Assembly: GCA_020692245.1 (NCBI GenBank)
Contig: JAIMKT010000019.1
Span: 10,659-55,511 of the forward strand
Length of the DNA stretch: 44,853 bases
From: Microcoleus sp. GA_180221_E-2-1-MAG-45_12
GTDB taxonomy: Bacteria > Cyanobacteriota > Cyanobacteriia > Cyanobacteriales > JAAUUE01
Direction of reading: 5' to 3'
Part shown: piece after piece, positions 28,116 to 37,448 of the stretch
Numbering within the stretch: position 1 is the stretch's first letter
Layout of the letters: every line of letters starts with the position of its first letter
Translations under genes and position numbers: made by a program
The notes under the pieces: model-generated
Seen by the model: the letters and a program-made list of their open reading frames with translations, nothing else
The model's database searches: none
What the model was told of the DNA's origin: nothing

Positions 28116-29693
28116 ATGCCTAAAAATAATAACTTGATACTTTCACCCCTCGCTCTATCTTTAGTTTTCTCTCTAGTTATCCAATCGATCGCCGGAGCCA
28201 CACCCCTAAAATTTGGACAGTTTGATCGGAGTATTGATCGAGGTTCTACTCAAGAATCTACTCAAGAATTACCCCTAGACTCTTCTCAAGAATTATCACC
28301 CAAAGCCGATCGATCCCCAGAGGCTGGAGCCAAACAAACTAGTTTCTGTGCCAATCAATTGGCTGGCTCTATTGACCAAATTATTCGAGAGGCGGGGTTC
28401 GCTCGATCGCAACTAGGAATTTTAGTGACAGGGGTGAATAGCAATCAAGAATTTTATAACCTGAATGGCGATCAGCTCATGATCCCGGCTTCTACGGTCA
28501 AGCTCCTAACTTCGGCAGCAATTCTCCATCAACTAGGGGCAGAGCATCGGATTCGTACTTCTATCTATGATCCCGGTGATAACTCCTTGGTGGCGATCGG
28601 GCGGGGGGATCCCAGCTTAGATAATGCTCAATTCCAACGCCTAGGGCAGCAACTCCGCAATCAAGGCAAAGGTAATATTAATCTCTTGATTGGGGACGAT
28701 AGTTATTTTCAAGGAAATTTATTTAATCCGGCATGGTCTTGGACTGATATCGAAAATGGGGATGCACCGCCTGTGAGTAGTTTGGTAGTTAACCAGAGCT
28801 ATGTGTATCTAAATCTTGCGCCCCAGCAGGCAGGCAGTCCCCTGCGGTTACGTTGGAGTGATCCCCTCGCTGGCAATCAATGGCGGGTGAGCAACAATAC
28901 CCGGACTGGCGGCAGTGGCTCTTCCATTCAGATTAATTTCAATCCCAACGAAAATATCCTGCGGCTAAGTGGCAATATGGCAGCCAATCGGGGAGCCGAG
29001 GAATTTGGCTTGTCAGTCATGGAGCCAAGTTTGTATTTTGTGCAACGTCTCCAATCGGAATTAAATAGTTTGGGGATCGTGGTGAATCAATCGAAAGTAC
29101 AGAGTAATGGATCGCCCCTTGTGATTCCTGATCTGTGGCAAGAAGTCGCCTTTGTGGAATCTGCTCCTCTGAGGGAATTATTAAAAGAAGTGAATGCTAG
29201 TAGCAATAATTTCTATGCCGAAATGTTGGCTGCCAAACTAGGCAGGGTGACAACGGGGGACGATCGCAACTGGTTAGCGGCGGTGGAAAATACCTTAACT
29301 GAATTGGGGGTAGATCCCAGAGGTTATCGCCTTGTAGACGCTTCAGGACTAGCTAGGCAAAATCAAGCCTCGGCGAGAGCGATCGTCCAGACTCTCCAAG
29401 CTATGGCAAAAACTCCAGAAGCTATAGCCTATCGTGATTCCTTCGCCCTTGCGGGAGAAACTGGCACTCTCAGTAATCGTCTCCGCAATACTCCTGCTGC
29501 TCGCATTTTTTGGGGTAAAACTGGGACTCTCCGGGGTGTTGTGTCTCTTTCTGGCTATCTAGAAAATCCCAACAATGAGCCATTAGCTGTCAGCATCACC
29601 GTGAATAATTCGCAAAGATCCACCGCAGATGTCCGGTTTGGGATCGATCGTCTTGTAGTTCAAATCAGTCGGCTACGCTCTTGCAACAATTGA
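28116..29693 (+). CDS. dacB: D-alanyl-D-alanine carboxypeptidase/endopeptidase (PBP4)
   Basis: PASTVK (SxxK), GRGDPSL, SNNFYAE (SxN), DASGL.R, GKTGTL (KTG); signal peptide. Confidence 0.94.
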   Translation: MPKNNNLILSPLALSLVFSLVIQSIAGATPLKFGQFDRSIDRGSTQESTQELPLDSSQELSPKADRSPEAGAKQTSFCANQLAGSIDQIIREAGFARSQLGILVTGVNSNQEFYNLNGDQLMIPASTVKLLTSAAILHQLGAEHRIRTSIYDPGDNSLVAIGRGDPSLDNAQFQRLGQQLRNQGKGNINLLIGDDSYFQGNLFNPAWSWTDIENGDAPPVSSLVVNQSYVYLNLAPQQAGSPLRLRWSDPLAGNQWRVSNNTRTGGSGSSIQINFNPNENILRLSGNMAANRGAEEFGLSVMEPSLYFVQRLQSELNSLGIVVNQSKVQSNGSPLVIPDLWQEVAFVESAPLRELLKEVNASSNNFYAEMLAAKLGRVTTGDDRNWLAAVENTLTELGVDPRGYRLVDASGLARQNQASARAIVQTLQAMAKTPEAIAYRDSFALAGETGTLSNRLRNTPAARIFWGKTGTLRGVVSLSGYLENPNNEPLAVSITVNNSQRSTADVRFGIDRLVVQISRLRSCNN

Positions 29694-29886
29694 CAGTTAT
29701 CAGTTATCAGTAAACAGTAAACAGTGAATAGTTGCTTTGATAAGTCTTACAATGAAAATGTCGAACTGCTTGGTACGAATATATCTTCATAGTGCAAAGC
29801 CTTGCGCCCCTACAATTGACTTTACTTCCTGTACCTCCCTGTACCTCCTGATAACTGTTCACTGTTAACTGATAACTGTTCACTGA
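29694..29886. repeat. Inverted STRR arrays enclosing a degenerate GTAG-family REP
   Basis: Left (CAGTTAT)2 CAGTAAA CAGTAAA CAGTGAA; right CTGATAACTGTTCACTGTTAACTGATAACTGTTCACTGA (29848-29886); inner GTGCAAAGCCTTGCGCCCCTAC (29792-29813). Confidence 0.8.
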
Positions 29887-29889
29887 TTT

Positions 29890-30810
29890 ATGCCTCAATC
29901 GATCGAGAAATTGGAAATAGAATTGGCAAAACTAGAATTGGCGATCGCCGATCTCTGTCAACAATTGACCACCATCTATCCTCCCTACCTCAAACTCTTT
30001 GGGGAAACTATTCGCCGCCAGTTAATCATGGCTGTGTATCAAATCTGTACGGATACCCATCCCCACGCTTTTCTACAAATGTCCCTGACCCAAAGATCGG
30101 ATCTACAAACCAAAATTAAGCATATTGCCCAAGGCATCCAGCAGCAAACTTTAGCTCCCTTAGAAAATCTGCGAGAGATTACGACTCCCGACTCTTCCCC
30201 GGAACTTCCTGATACACCAAATAATCTGCCAAGTAGTTCACTGAGTAATTCTCCAAATAATACCCTGAGTAACCTACTAACTAAAGCATCGGGCGATTCT
30301 CCAAAGGAGAGACTACACCAGCGACAATCTGGAAAAATCAAAGCTCTTGTACATTGGCAAAAACAAACAGATACAGAGATTAATCAACTATTGCAACAGG
30401 CTTCCCAAGAAGTAAATCAAGTCCTCCATCAAGCGGGATTACTTACCCAGAAACTGCCCCTGGGACTCCTCGAAGCTGCTGCCAAAATGGAATCCCTAAA
30501 CGCCACTGCCATTGTAGGGAAGCCCAGTATTCTCAACTTGATGATGGAAGTAGAAAGCCTCAAAGAAGGAAAAGATGATGATTCAGAAGAAGAGGAATCT
30601 GCCCCAAAGGAACCCATTGGTTTAACTGCGGTGTATCTCCGGTGGACAGAACTAGAATTTCATAGTCCAGAGTTGAGTCTGGCAGCCCAGAATGTTCGAT
30701 CGACCGTCAGCAAGCTCCACAACCTCGATCGAGAGTATCACCGCCTGTTAAAATATCATCAAGTTGCCCAAGCCCAAGCTGCTTGGCGATCGAGTTGGGT
30801 CGATGATTAG
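29890..30810 (+). CDS. Conserved cyanobacterial hypothetical coiled-coil protein
   Basis: 306-aa ORF; RRQLIMAVYQICT..HPHAFL, YLRWTELEF, AQAAWRSSW. Confidence 0.78.
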   Translation: MPQSIEKLEIELAKLELAIADLCQQLTTIYPPYLKLFGETIRRQLIMAVYQICTDTHPHAFLQMSLTQRSDLQTKIKHIAQGIQQQTLAPLENLREITTPDSSPELPDTPNNLPSSSLSNSPNNTLSNLLTKASGDSPKERLHQRQSGKIKALVHWQKQTDTEINQLLQQASQEVNQVLHQAGLLTQKLPLGLLEAAAKMESLNATAIVGKPSILNLMMEVESLKEGKDDDSEEEESAPKEPIGLTAVYLRWTELEFHSPELSLAAQNVRSTVSKLHNLDREYHRLLKYHQVAQAQAAWRSSWVDD

Positions 30811-30887
30811 AGAGCGAGTTTCCCCATATTTTGCGCTGGATCGATCGAGTCAAGGCTCAACCCCATTACATCAGTATTACCGACTAG
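30811..30887 (+). pseudogene. 3' remnant of a glutathione S-transferase-like gene
   Basis: Manual translation ...SEFPHILRWIDRVKAQPHYISITD*, resembling the GST C-terminal 'FP.I..W..RV..QP' helix; no start codon. Confidence 0.55.
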
Positions 30888-30990
30888 TGACGAGTGGCTC
30901 CTGATTTAGGAGATCATGCAATAATGGTAATTATAGATATATATTTTTTTAATCTTCAAGATTTCCTAAATTAAGAGCGATCGCCGTCCC

Positions 30991-33129
30991 ATGCAAGAAA
31001 TCCTATACCTAGAAATTCCCACCCCTCATACTTCTCAAGTGATCCAGTGGCTCCAGCAGCATTGGCAACCCAGCCATGGGGAAATTAAGCCTAGTCCAGA
31101 GGGAGTCCAGTGGTATGCAGCCTCCACATCTCAGGAGCGATCGTCCCTAGGAGCAAGCAATCTAGGAGATATTAATATTTTTCTGTGGTCATTGCAGAGG
31201 ACTACCTACCTGAAGGCGTTTCGCTACCAAGCCCAACCCCTTCCCCAAGAATCTGTCCTGCTTGTCCAACTCCAACGGCAACTAAGGATTACTTTCCCGC
31301 CCCAGTATCCAGAGCCGCCCTCGATCGATCCTCAAGTTTCCATCTTCACTGCCCTCGCACCCTACTACCCCGAAACCGTTAAATTTTTCCAAAAAATCCC
31401 CAAGGGAGAAGCAGACCTGAACCGAGTTTATTGGTGGGAGCAGCGCTGGCGGGAAGGAGTCCGCAATCCCCAAACCCCGAAGCAGGTCTTATTTGCTGAT
31501 CATGCAAAAAGTAGTTCTGGTGATCCAGAGTCACCCAGTTATGATTTGGTTTACCTAGGGGGAGCCTTGGGCGTGATCCATGCCGCAGTGATGGCTCGGT
31601 TGGGCTACAAGGTACTGCTGGTGGAGCGGTTAGGCTTTGGCAGAATGAACCGGGAATGGAATATTTCTAGAGATGAATTCCAGAGTTTAATTGATCTAGG
31701 TTTGTTTACACCAAGCCAGTTTGCCAGCGTGATTGCCAAGGAATATCTAGATGGGTTTAATAAATTTTTTGATGCCAACAATCCCCCCAGTCTAAAATCC
31801 CCAATTCTCCATACTCCCAAGGTGTTAAATATTTGCATCGATGCGGAAAAGCTCCTCAACCTCTGTGGGGAAAAACTGCGGGCAGCCGGGGGCGAAATTT
31901 GGGATGAGACGGAATTTATTTCTGCCAATATCGCCGTCGATCGAGCCACCCTTTCCCTCACCCATTTACCGACTAAAACCCCAAAAACCGTAACTACCAG
32001 ATTAATTGTGGATGCCATGGGAACCGCTTCCCCGATCGCTTGGCAGTTGAACGGCGGACGAGCCTTTGATAGTGTGTGTCCGACGGTGGGCGGGGTGGTG
32101 AGCAAGGGGTTTGATCCTGAAGTTTGGGATCTCGACTACGGCGATGTCTTAAATAGTCATGGGGACATTTCCCGTGGCAGGCAGCTAATTTGGGAACTCT
32201 TCCCCGGTGCGGATGGCGAAATTACCATCTATCTATTCCACTACCATCAGGTGAATGCCACTAACCCCGGTTCCCTGCTGGAAATGTATGAAGACTTTTT
32301 TACCATCCTGCCAGAATATCGGCGTTGTGATATGGAAAAACTGGAGTGGCGGAAGGCAACTTTTGGTTATATTCCGGGACATTTTAGCGTGGGGAGTCGC
32401 GATCGAACCGTGGCTTTCGATCGATTAATTGCCATTGGGGATGCGGCTTCTTTGCAATCTCCCCTCGTGTTTACGGGCTTCGGCTCCCTAGTGCGGAATT
32501 TAGGCAGGTTAACCCATCTTTTAGATACTGCCCTCAAGCACGATCTCCTCAAGGCAGAGAACCTGAATCAAATCCGGGCTTACCAGAGCAATACTGCTGT
32601 CACTTGGCTCTTTTCTAAGGGGATGATGGTACCGACGGGGGCGAGTCTCCCACCCCAGAGAATTAATTCTATGCTGAATACCTTTTTTGGGATTTTAGCC
32701 GACGAACCCGCCTCGATCGCCGATACCTTCATCAAAGACCGCACTAACTGGCTCACCTTCAACCGTCTTGCCATCAAAGCTGCCCTCAGAAACCCCGGTC
32801 TGCTCATCTGGATTTGGCAGTTGGCAGGATTTAAGGATATTCTCCGGTGGCTGGGTAGCTATGTAGATTTTACTGTCACCGCTTTTATTGGTTGGTTACT
32901 GGCGGGTTGGGTTCCCCAGCTTTTCCAAAAATATCAATCTTGGCTAGAATCCAAATTTCCAGCTCTGTGGCTCCGGTGTTTGGCGCAAACCTATGCTTGG
33001 AAGCATGGCTTAGGGAAAAATCAAAAACTTAAAGTTACTGGGGAAATTCTTAAGTCTCCCATGAAAAACTCGCTCCCGGTCGATCGTCCCCTCGTGGCTC
33101 CCCTGCCGCCCCAGAAAACTAATAATTAA
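30991..33129 (+). CDS. cruA: CruA-type lycopene cyclase (FAD-dependent), copy 1
   Basis: YDLVYLGGALG FAD motif, MNREWNISRDE, VDAMGTASPIA, DSVCPTVG, IGDAASLQSPLVFTGFGSLVR; long N-terminal domain typical of cyanobacterial CruA rather than CruP. Confidence 0.8.
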   Translation: MQEILYLEIPTPHTSQVIQWLQQHWQPSHGEIKPSPEGVQWYAASTSQERSSLGASNLGDINIFLWSLQRTTYLKAFRYQAQPLPQESVLLVQLQRQLRITFPPQYPEPPSIDPQVSIFTALAPYYPETVKFFQKIPKGEADLNRVYWWEQRWREGVRNPQTPKQVLFADHAKSSSGDPESPSYDLVYLGGALGVIHAAVMARLGYKVLLVERLGFGRMNREWNISRDEFQSLIDLGLFTPSQFASVIAKEYLDGFNKFFDANNPPSLKSPILHTPKVLNICIDAEKLLNLCGEKLRAAGGEIWDETEFISANIAVDRATLSLTHLPTKTPKTVTTRLIVDAMGTASPIAWQLNGGRAFDSVCPTVGGVVSKGFDPEVWDLDYGDVLNSHGDISRGRQLIWELFPGADGEITIYLFHYHQVNATNPGSLLEMYEDFFTILPEYRRCDMEKLEWRKATFGYIPGHFSVGSRDRTVAFDRLIAIGDAASLQSPLVFTGFGSLVRNLGRLTHLLDTALKHDLLKAENLNQIRAYQSNTAVTWLFSKGMMVPTGASLPPQRINSMLNTFFGILADEPASIADTFIKDRTNWLTFNRLAIKAALRNPGLLIWIWQLAGFKDILRWLGSYVDFTVTAFIGWLLAGWVPQLFQKYQSWLESKFPALWLRCLAQTYAWKHGLGKNQKLKVTGEILKSPMKNSLPVDRPLVAPLPPQKTNN

Positions 33130-33915
33130 ATGATCGATCGCAACCAAGAAACCTATCAAACTCCCAGTCTTGTTCGGCACTACACCCAATTAAACAAGCT
33201 CCAACCCGCAGAACAGACAATTTTGGAACTCTTGCGAGACCAACTCCCGACCATGAGAATGTTAGATATTGGCATTGGTGGCGGCAGAACAACTCAGCAC
33301 TTTTCCCCTTTAGCTGGAGAGTATACGGGGATAGATTATTCTCCCCAAATGATTGCCGCCTGTCAGCAACGATTTGCCCGATCGCCCCAAACCATGGCTC
33401 TAGAGGTGATGGATGCCAGAAACATGCACCAGTTTGCGGATAATTCCTTTGATTTTATTTTGTTTAGCTTCAATGGGATTGATTATGTGTCGGGGAGCGA
33501 TCGATTAAAAATCCTCTCAGAAGTCGCTAGGGTTGGCAAAACTGGCTGTTACTTTTATTTTTCTAGTCACAATCTTCAAGGCATAGCAGCAGAGTTTAAT
33601 TGGCGCACCAAGTTAAGTTTAAATCTTCTAAAGACCTATGTTAATTTAGTGATGCTGGGCTTATTAAATATATTCAACTTAGAAACTACTCGCAAACAAC
33701 TAGAAACCGCTGATTATTTAATCATTAAAGATGAGTCCCATAACTTCCGGCTACAAACTTATTACATCCGTCCCCAAGCCCAAATCCAACAGTTAGAACC
33801 TAGTTTTGAAGAGATTAAAATCTACTCATGGCAAACTGGTTTAGAAATTACTAATCTTCAAGAGTTATCGACAAATTTTGATATGTGGTTTTATTATCTT
33901 TGTATAGTTAAATAG
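33130..33915 (+). CDS. Class I SAM-dependent methyltransferase, copy 1
   Basis: MLDIGIGGGRTT, YTGIDYSPQMI, MDAR.M..FADNSFDFILFSFNGID; ATG directly follows the cruA TAA. Confidence 0.9.
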   Translation: MIDRNQETYQTPSLVRHYTQLNKLQPAEQTILELLRDQLPTMRMLDIGIGGGRTTQHFSPLAGEYTGIDYSPQMIAACQQRFARSPQTMALEVMDARNMHQFADNSFDFILFSFNGIDYVSGSDRLKILSEVARVGKTGCYFYFSSHNLQGIAAEFNWRTKLSLNLLKTYVNLVMLGLLNIFNLETTRKQLETADYLIIKDESHNFRLQTYYIRPQAQIQQLEPSFEEIKIYSWQTGLEITNLQELSTNFDMWFYYLCIVK

Positions 33916-33951
33916 GTTAAACAAATTAAACAAATTAAATGAATTAAATAG

Positions 33952-34403
33952 TTAATTCTTAATCCCAGTCGCAGCAATTCCTCGGATAAATTGGCGTTGC
34001 CCAATAATAAATAAAACTACGATCGGAAGCGTGGCGATCGCTACCCCCGCCATGAGTAATTGCCAATTATTTGTAAACTGTTCCTGCAACTCTGCTAGAG
34101 CTAATTGGACTGTGCGTAATTCTGGGCGAGTCGTAAAAACTAGGGGCTTAAATAAATCATTCCATTCCGCAATAAAAGTAAATAAAAATAATGTCACCAA
34201 GGCGGGACGAGCCAAGGGCAGAATAACATGCCAGAGAATTTGCCACGGTGTTGCTCCATCAAGGGCAGCAGCATCTTCTAGCTCAATGGGGATAGTTTGG
34301 AAATATTGACGCATGAGAAATATGCCAAAACCATTAGCCGCCGTGGGGAGAATTAACGCCCAGTAAGTATTAATCATCCCGCCCCATTTTAATACCAAAA
34401 AAA
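33952..34403 (-). pseudogene. 5'-truncated copy of the sugar ABC permease
   Basis: Identical to the 3' half of 37449-38333; cut at the duplication junction, with an in-frame TGA just upstream. Confidence 0.92.
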
Positions 34404-34487
34404 TAGGAGATCATGCAATAATGGTAATTATAGATATATATTTTTTTAATCTTCAAGATTTCCTAAATTAAGAGCGATCGCCGTCCC

Positions 34488-36626
34488 ATGCAAGAAATCC
34501 TATACCTAGAAATTCCCACCCCTCATACTTCTCAAGTGATCCAGTGGCTCCAGCAGCATTGGCAACCCAGCCATGGGGAAATTAAGCCTAGTCCAGAGGG
34601 AGTCCAGTGGTATGCAGCCTCCACATCTCAGGAGCGATCGTCCCTAGGAGCAAGCAATCTAGGAGATATTAATATTTTTCTGTGGTCATTGCAGAGGACT
34701 ACCTACCTGAAGGCGTTTCGCTACCAAGCCCAACCCCTTCCCCAAGAATCTGTCCTGCTTGTCCAACTCCAACGGCAACTAAGGATTACTTTCCCGCCCC
34801 AGTATCCAGAGCCGCCCTCGATCGATCCTCAAGTTTCCATCTTCACTGCCCTCGCACCCTACTACCCCGAAACCGTTAAATTTTTCCAAAAAATCCCCAA
34901 GGGAGAAGCAGACCTGAACCGAGTTTATTGGTGGGAGCAGCGCTGGCGGGAAGGAGTCCGCAATCCCCAAACCCCGAAGCAGGTCTTATTTGCTGATCAT
35001 GCAAAAAGTAGTTCTGGTGATCCAGAGTCACCCAGTTATGATTTGGTTTACCTAGGGGGAGCCTTGGGCGTGATCCATGCCGCAGTGATGGCTCGGTTGG
35101 GCTACAAGGTACTGCTGGTGGAGCGGTTAGGCTTTGGCAGAATGAACCGGGAATGGAATATTTCTAGAGATGAATTCCAGAGTTTAATTGATCTAGGTTT
35201 GTTTACACCAAGCCAGTTTGCCAGCGTGATTGCCAAGGAATATCTAGATGGGTTTAATAAATTTTTTGATGCCAACAATCCCCCCAGTCTAAAATCCCCA
35301 ATTCTCCATACTCCCAAGGTGTTAAATATTTGCATCGATGCGGAAAAGCTCCTCAACCTCTGTGGGGAAAAACTGCGGGCAGCCGGGGGCGAAATTTGGG
35401 ATGAGACGGAATTTATTTCTGCCAATATCGCCGTCGATCGAGCCACCCTTTCCCTCACCCATTTACCGACTAAAACCCCAAAAACCGTAACTACCAGATT
35501 AATTGTGGATGCCATGGGAACCGCTTCCCCGATCGCTTGGCAGTTGAACGGCGGACGAGCCTTTGATAGTGTGTGTCCGACGGTGGGCGGGGTGGTGAGC
35601 AAGGGGTTTGATCCTGAAGTTTGGGATCTCGACTACGGCGATGTCTTAAATAGTCATGGGGACATTTCCCGTGGCAGGCAGCTAATTTGGGAACTCTTCC
35701 CCGGTGCGGATGGCGAAATTACCATCTATCTATTCCACTACCATCAGGTGAATGCCACTAACCCCGGTTCCCTGCTGGAAATGTATGAAGACTTTTTTAC
35801 CATCCTGCCAGAATATCGGCGTTGTGATATGGAAAAACTGGAGTGGCGGAAGGCAACTTTTGGTTATATTCCGGGACATTTTAGCGTGGGGAGTCGCGAT
35901 CGAACCGTGGCTTTCGATCGATTAATTGCCATTGGGGATGCGGCTTCTTTGCAATCTCCCCTCGTGTTTACGGGCTTCGGCTCCCTAGTGCGGAATTTAG
36001 GCAGGTTAACCCATCTTTTAGATACTGCCCTCAAGCACGATCTCCTCAAGGCAGAGAACCTGAATCAAATCCGGGCTTACCAGAGCAATACTGCTGTCAC
36101 TTGGCTCTTTTCTAAGGGGATGATGGTACCGACGGGGGCGAGTCTCCCACCCCAGAGAATTAATTCTATGCTGAATACCTTTTTTGGGATTTTAGCCGAC
36201 GAACCCGCCTCGATCGCCGATACCTTCATCAAAGACCGCACTAACTGGCTCACCTTCAACCGTCTTGCCATCAAAGCTGCCCTCAGAAACCCCGGTCTGC
36301 TCATCTGGATTTGGCAGTTGGCAGGATTTAAGGATATTCTCCGGTGGCTGGGTAGCTATGTAGATTTTACTGTCACCGCTTTTATTGGTTGGTTACTGGC
36401 GGGTTGGGTTCCCCAGCTTTTCCAAAAATATCAATCTTGGCTAGAATCCAAATTTCCAGCTCTGTGGCTCCGGTGTTTGGCGCAAACCTATGCTTGGAAG
36501 CATGGCTTAGGGAAAAATCAAAAACTTAAAGTTACTGGGGAAATTCTTAAGTCTCCCATGAAAAACTCGCTCCCGGTCGATCGTCCCCTCGTGGCTCCCC
36601 TGCCGCCCCAGAAAACTAATAATTAA
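34488..36626 (+). CDS. cruA: CruA-type lycopene cyclase, copy 2
   Basis: Translation identical to copy 1. Confidence 0.8.
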   Translation: MQEILYLEIPTPHTSQVIQWLQQHWQPSHGEIKPSPEGVQWYAASTSQERSSLGASNLGDINIFLWSLQRTTYLKAFRYQAQPLPQESVLLVQLQRQLRITFPPQYPEPPSIDPQVSIFTALAPYYPETVKFFQKIPKGEADLNRVYWWEQRWREGVRNPQTPKQVLFADHAKSSSGDPESPSYDLVYLGGALGVIHAAVMARLGYKVLLVERLGFGRMNREWNISRDEFQSLIDLGLFTPSQFASVIAKEYLDGFNKFFDANNPPSLKSPILHTPKVLNICIDAEKLLNLCGEKLRAAGGEIWDETEFISANIAVDRATLSLTHLPTKTPKTVTTRLIVDAMGTASPIAWQLNGGRAFDSVCPTVGGVVSKGFDPEVWDLDYGDVLNSHGDISRGRQLIWELFPGADGEITIYLFHYHQVNATNPGSLLEMYEDFFTILPEYRRCDMEKLEWRKATFGYIPGHFSVGSRDRTVAFDRLIAIGDAASLQSPLVFTGFGSLVRNLGRLTHLLDTALKHDLLKAENLNQIRAYQSNTAVTWLFSKGMMVPTGASLPPQRINSMLNTFFGILADEPASIADTFIKDRTNWLTFNRLAIKAALRNPGLLIWIWQLAGFKDILRWLGSYVDFTVTAFIGWLLAGWVPQLFQKYQSWLESKFPALWLRCLAQTYAWKHGLGKNQKLKVTGEILKSPMKNSLPVDRPLVAPLPPQKTNN

Positions 36627-37412
36627 ATGATCGATCGCAACCAAGAAACCTATCAAACTCCCAGTCTTGTTCGGCACTACACCCAATTAAACAAGCTCCA
36701 ACCCGCAGAACAGACAATTTTGGAACTCTTGCGAGACCAACTCCCGACCATGAGAATGTTAGATATTGGCATTGGTGGCGGCAGAACAACTCAGCACTTT
36801 TCCCCTTTAGCTGGAGAGTATACGGGGATAGATTATTCTCCCCAAATGATTGCCGCCTGTCAGCAACGATTTGCCCGATCGCCCCAAACCATGGCTCTAG
36901 AGGTGATGGATGCCAGAAACATGCACCAGTTTGCGGATAATTCCTTTGATTTTATTTTGTTTAGCTTCAATGGGATTGATTATGTGTCGGGGAGCGATCG
37001 ATTAAAAATCCTCTCAGAAGTCGCTAGGGTTGGCAAAACTGGCTGTTACTTTTATTTTTCTAGTCACAATCTTCAAGGCATAGCAGCAGAGTTTAATTGG
37101 CGCACCAAGTTAAGTTTAAATCTTCTAAAGACCTATGTTAATTTAGTGATGCTGGGCTTATTAAATATATTCAACTTAGAAACTACTCGCAAACAACTAG
37201 AAACCGCTGATTATTTAATCATTAAAGATGAGTCCCATAACTTCCGGCTACAAACTTATTACATCCGTCCCCAAGCCCAAATCCAACAGTTAGAACCTAG
37301 TTTTGAAGAGATTAAAATCTACTCATGGCAAACTGGTTTAGAAATTACTAATCTTCAAGAGTTATCGACAAATTTTGATATGTGGTTTTATTATCTTTGT
37401 ATAGTTAAATAG
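36627..37412 (+). CDS. Class I SAM-dependent methyltransferase, copy 2
   Basis: Translation identical to copy 1. Confidence 0.9.
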   Translation: MIDRNQETYQTPSLVRHYTQLNKLQPAEQTILELLRDQLPTMRMLDIGIGGGRTTQHFSPLAGEYTGIDYSPQMIAACQQRFARSPQTMALEVMDARNMHQFADNSFDFILFSFNGIDYVSGSDRLKILSEVARVGKTGCYFYFSSHNLQGIAAEFNWRTKLSLNLLKTYVNLVMLGLLNIFNLETTRKQLETADYLIIKDESHNFRLQTYYIRPQAQIQQLEPSFEEIKIYSWQTGLEITNLQELSTNFDMWFYYLCIVK

Positions 37413-37448
37413 GTTAAACAAATTAAACAAATTAAATGAATTAAATAG

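Noticed and set aside
29707-29898. 63-aa minus-strand ORF (VNSYQLTVNSYQ...)
   Set aside because: It is a translation of the STRR heptamer arrays; no evidence of coding.
33952-34420. Novel fusion protein at the duplication junction
   Set aside because: An in-frame TGA lies a few codons upstream on the minus strand; only a TTG-started half permease without an evident RBS remains.
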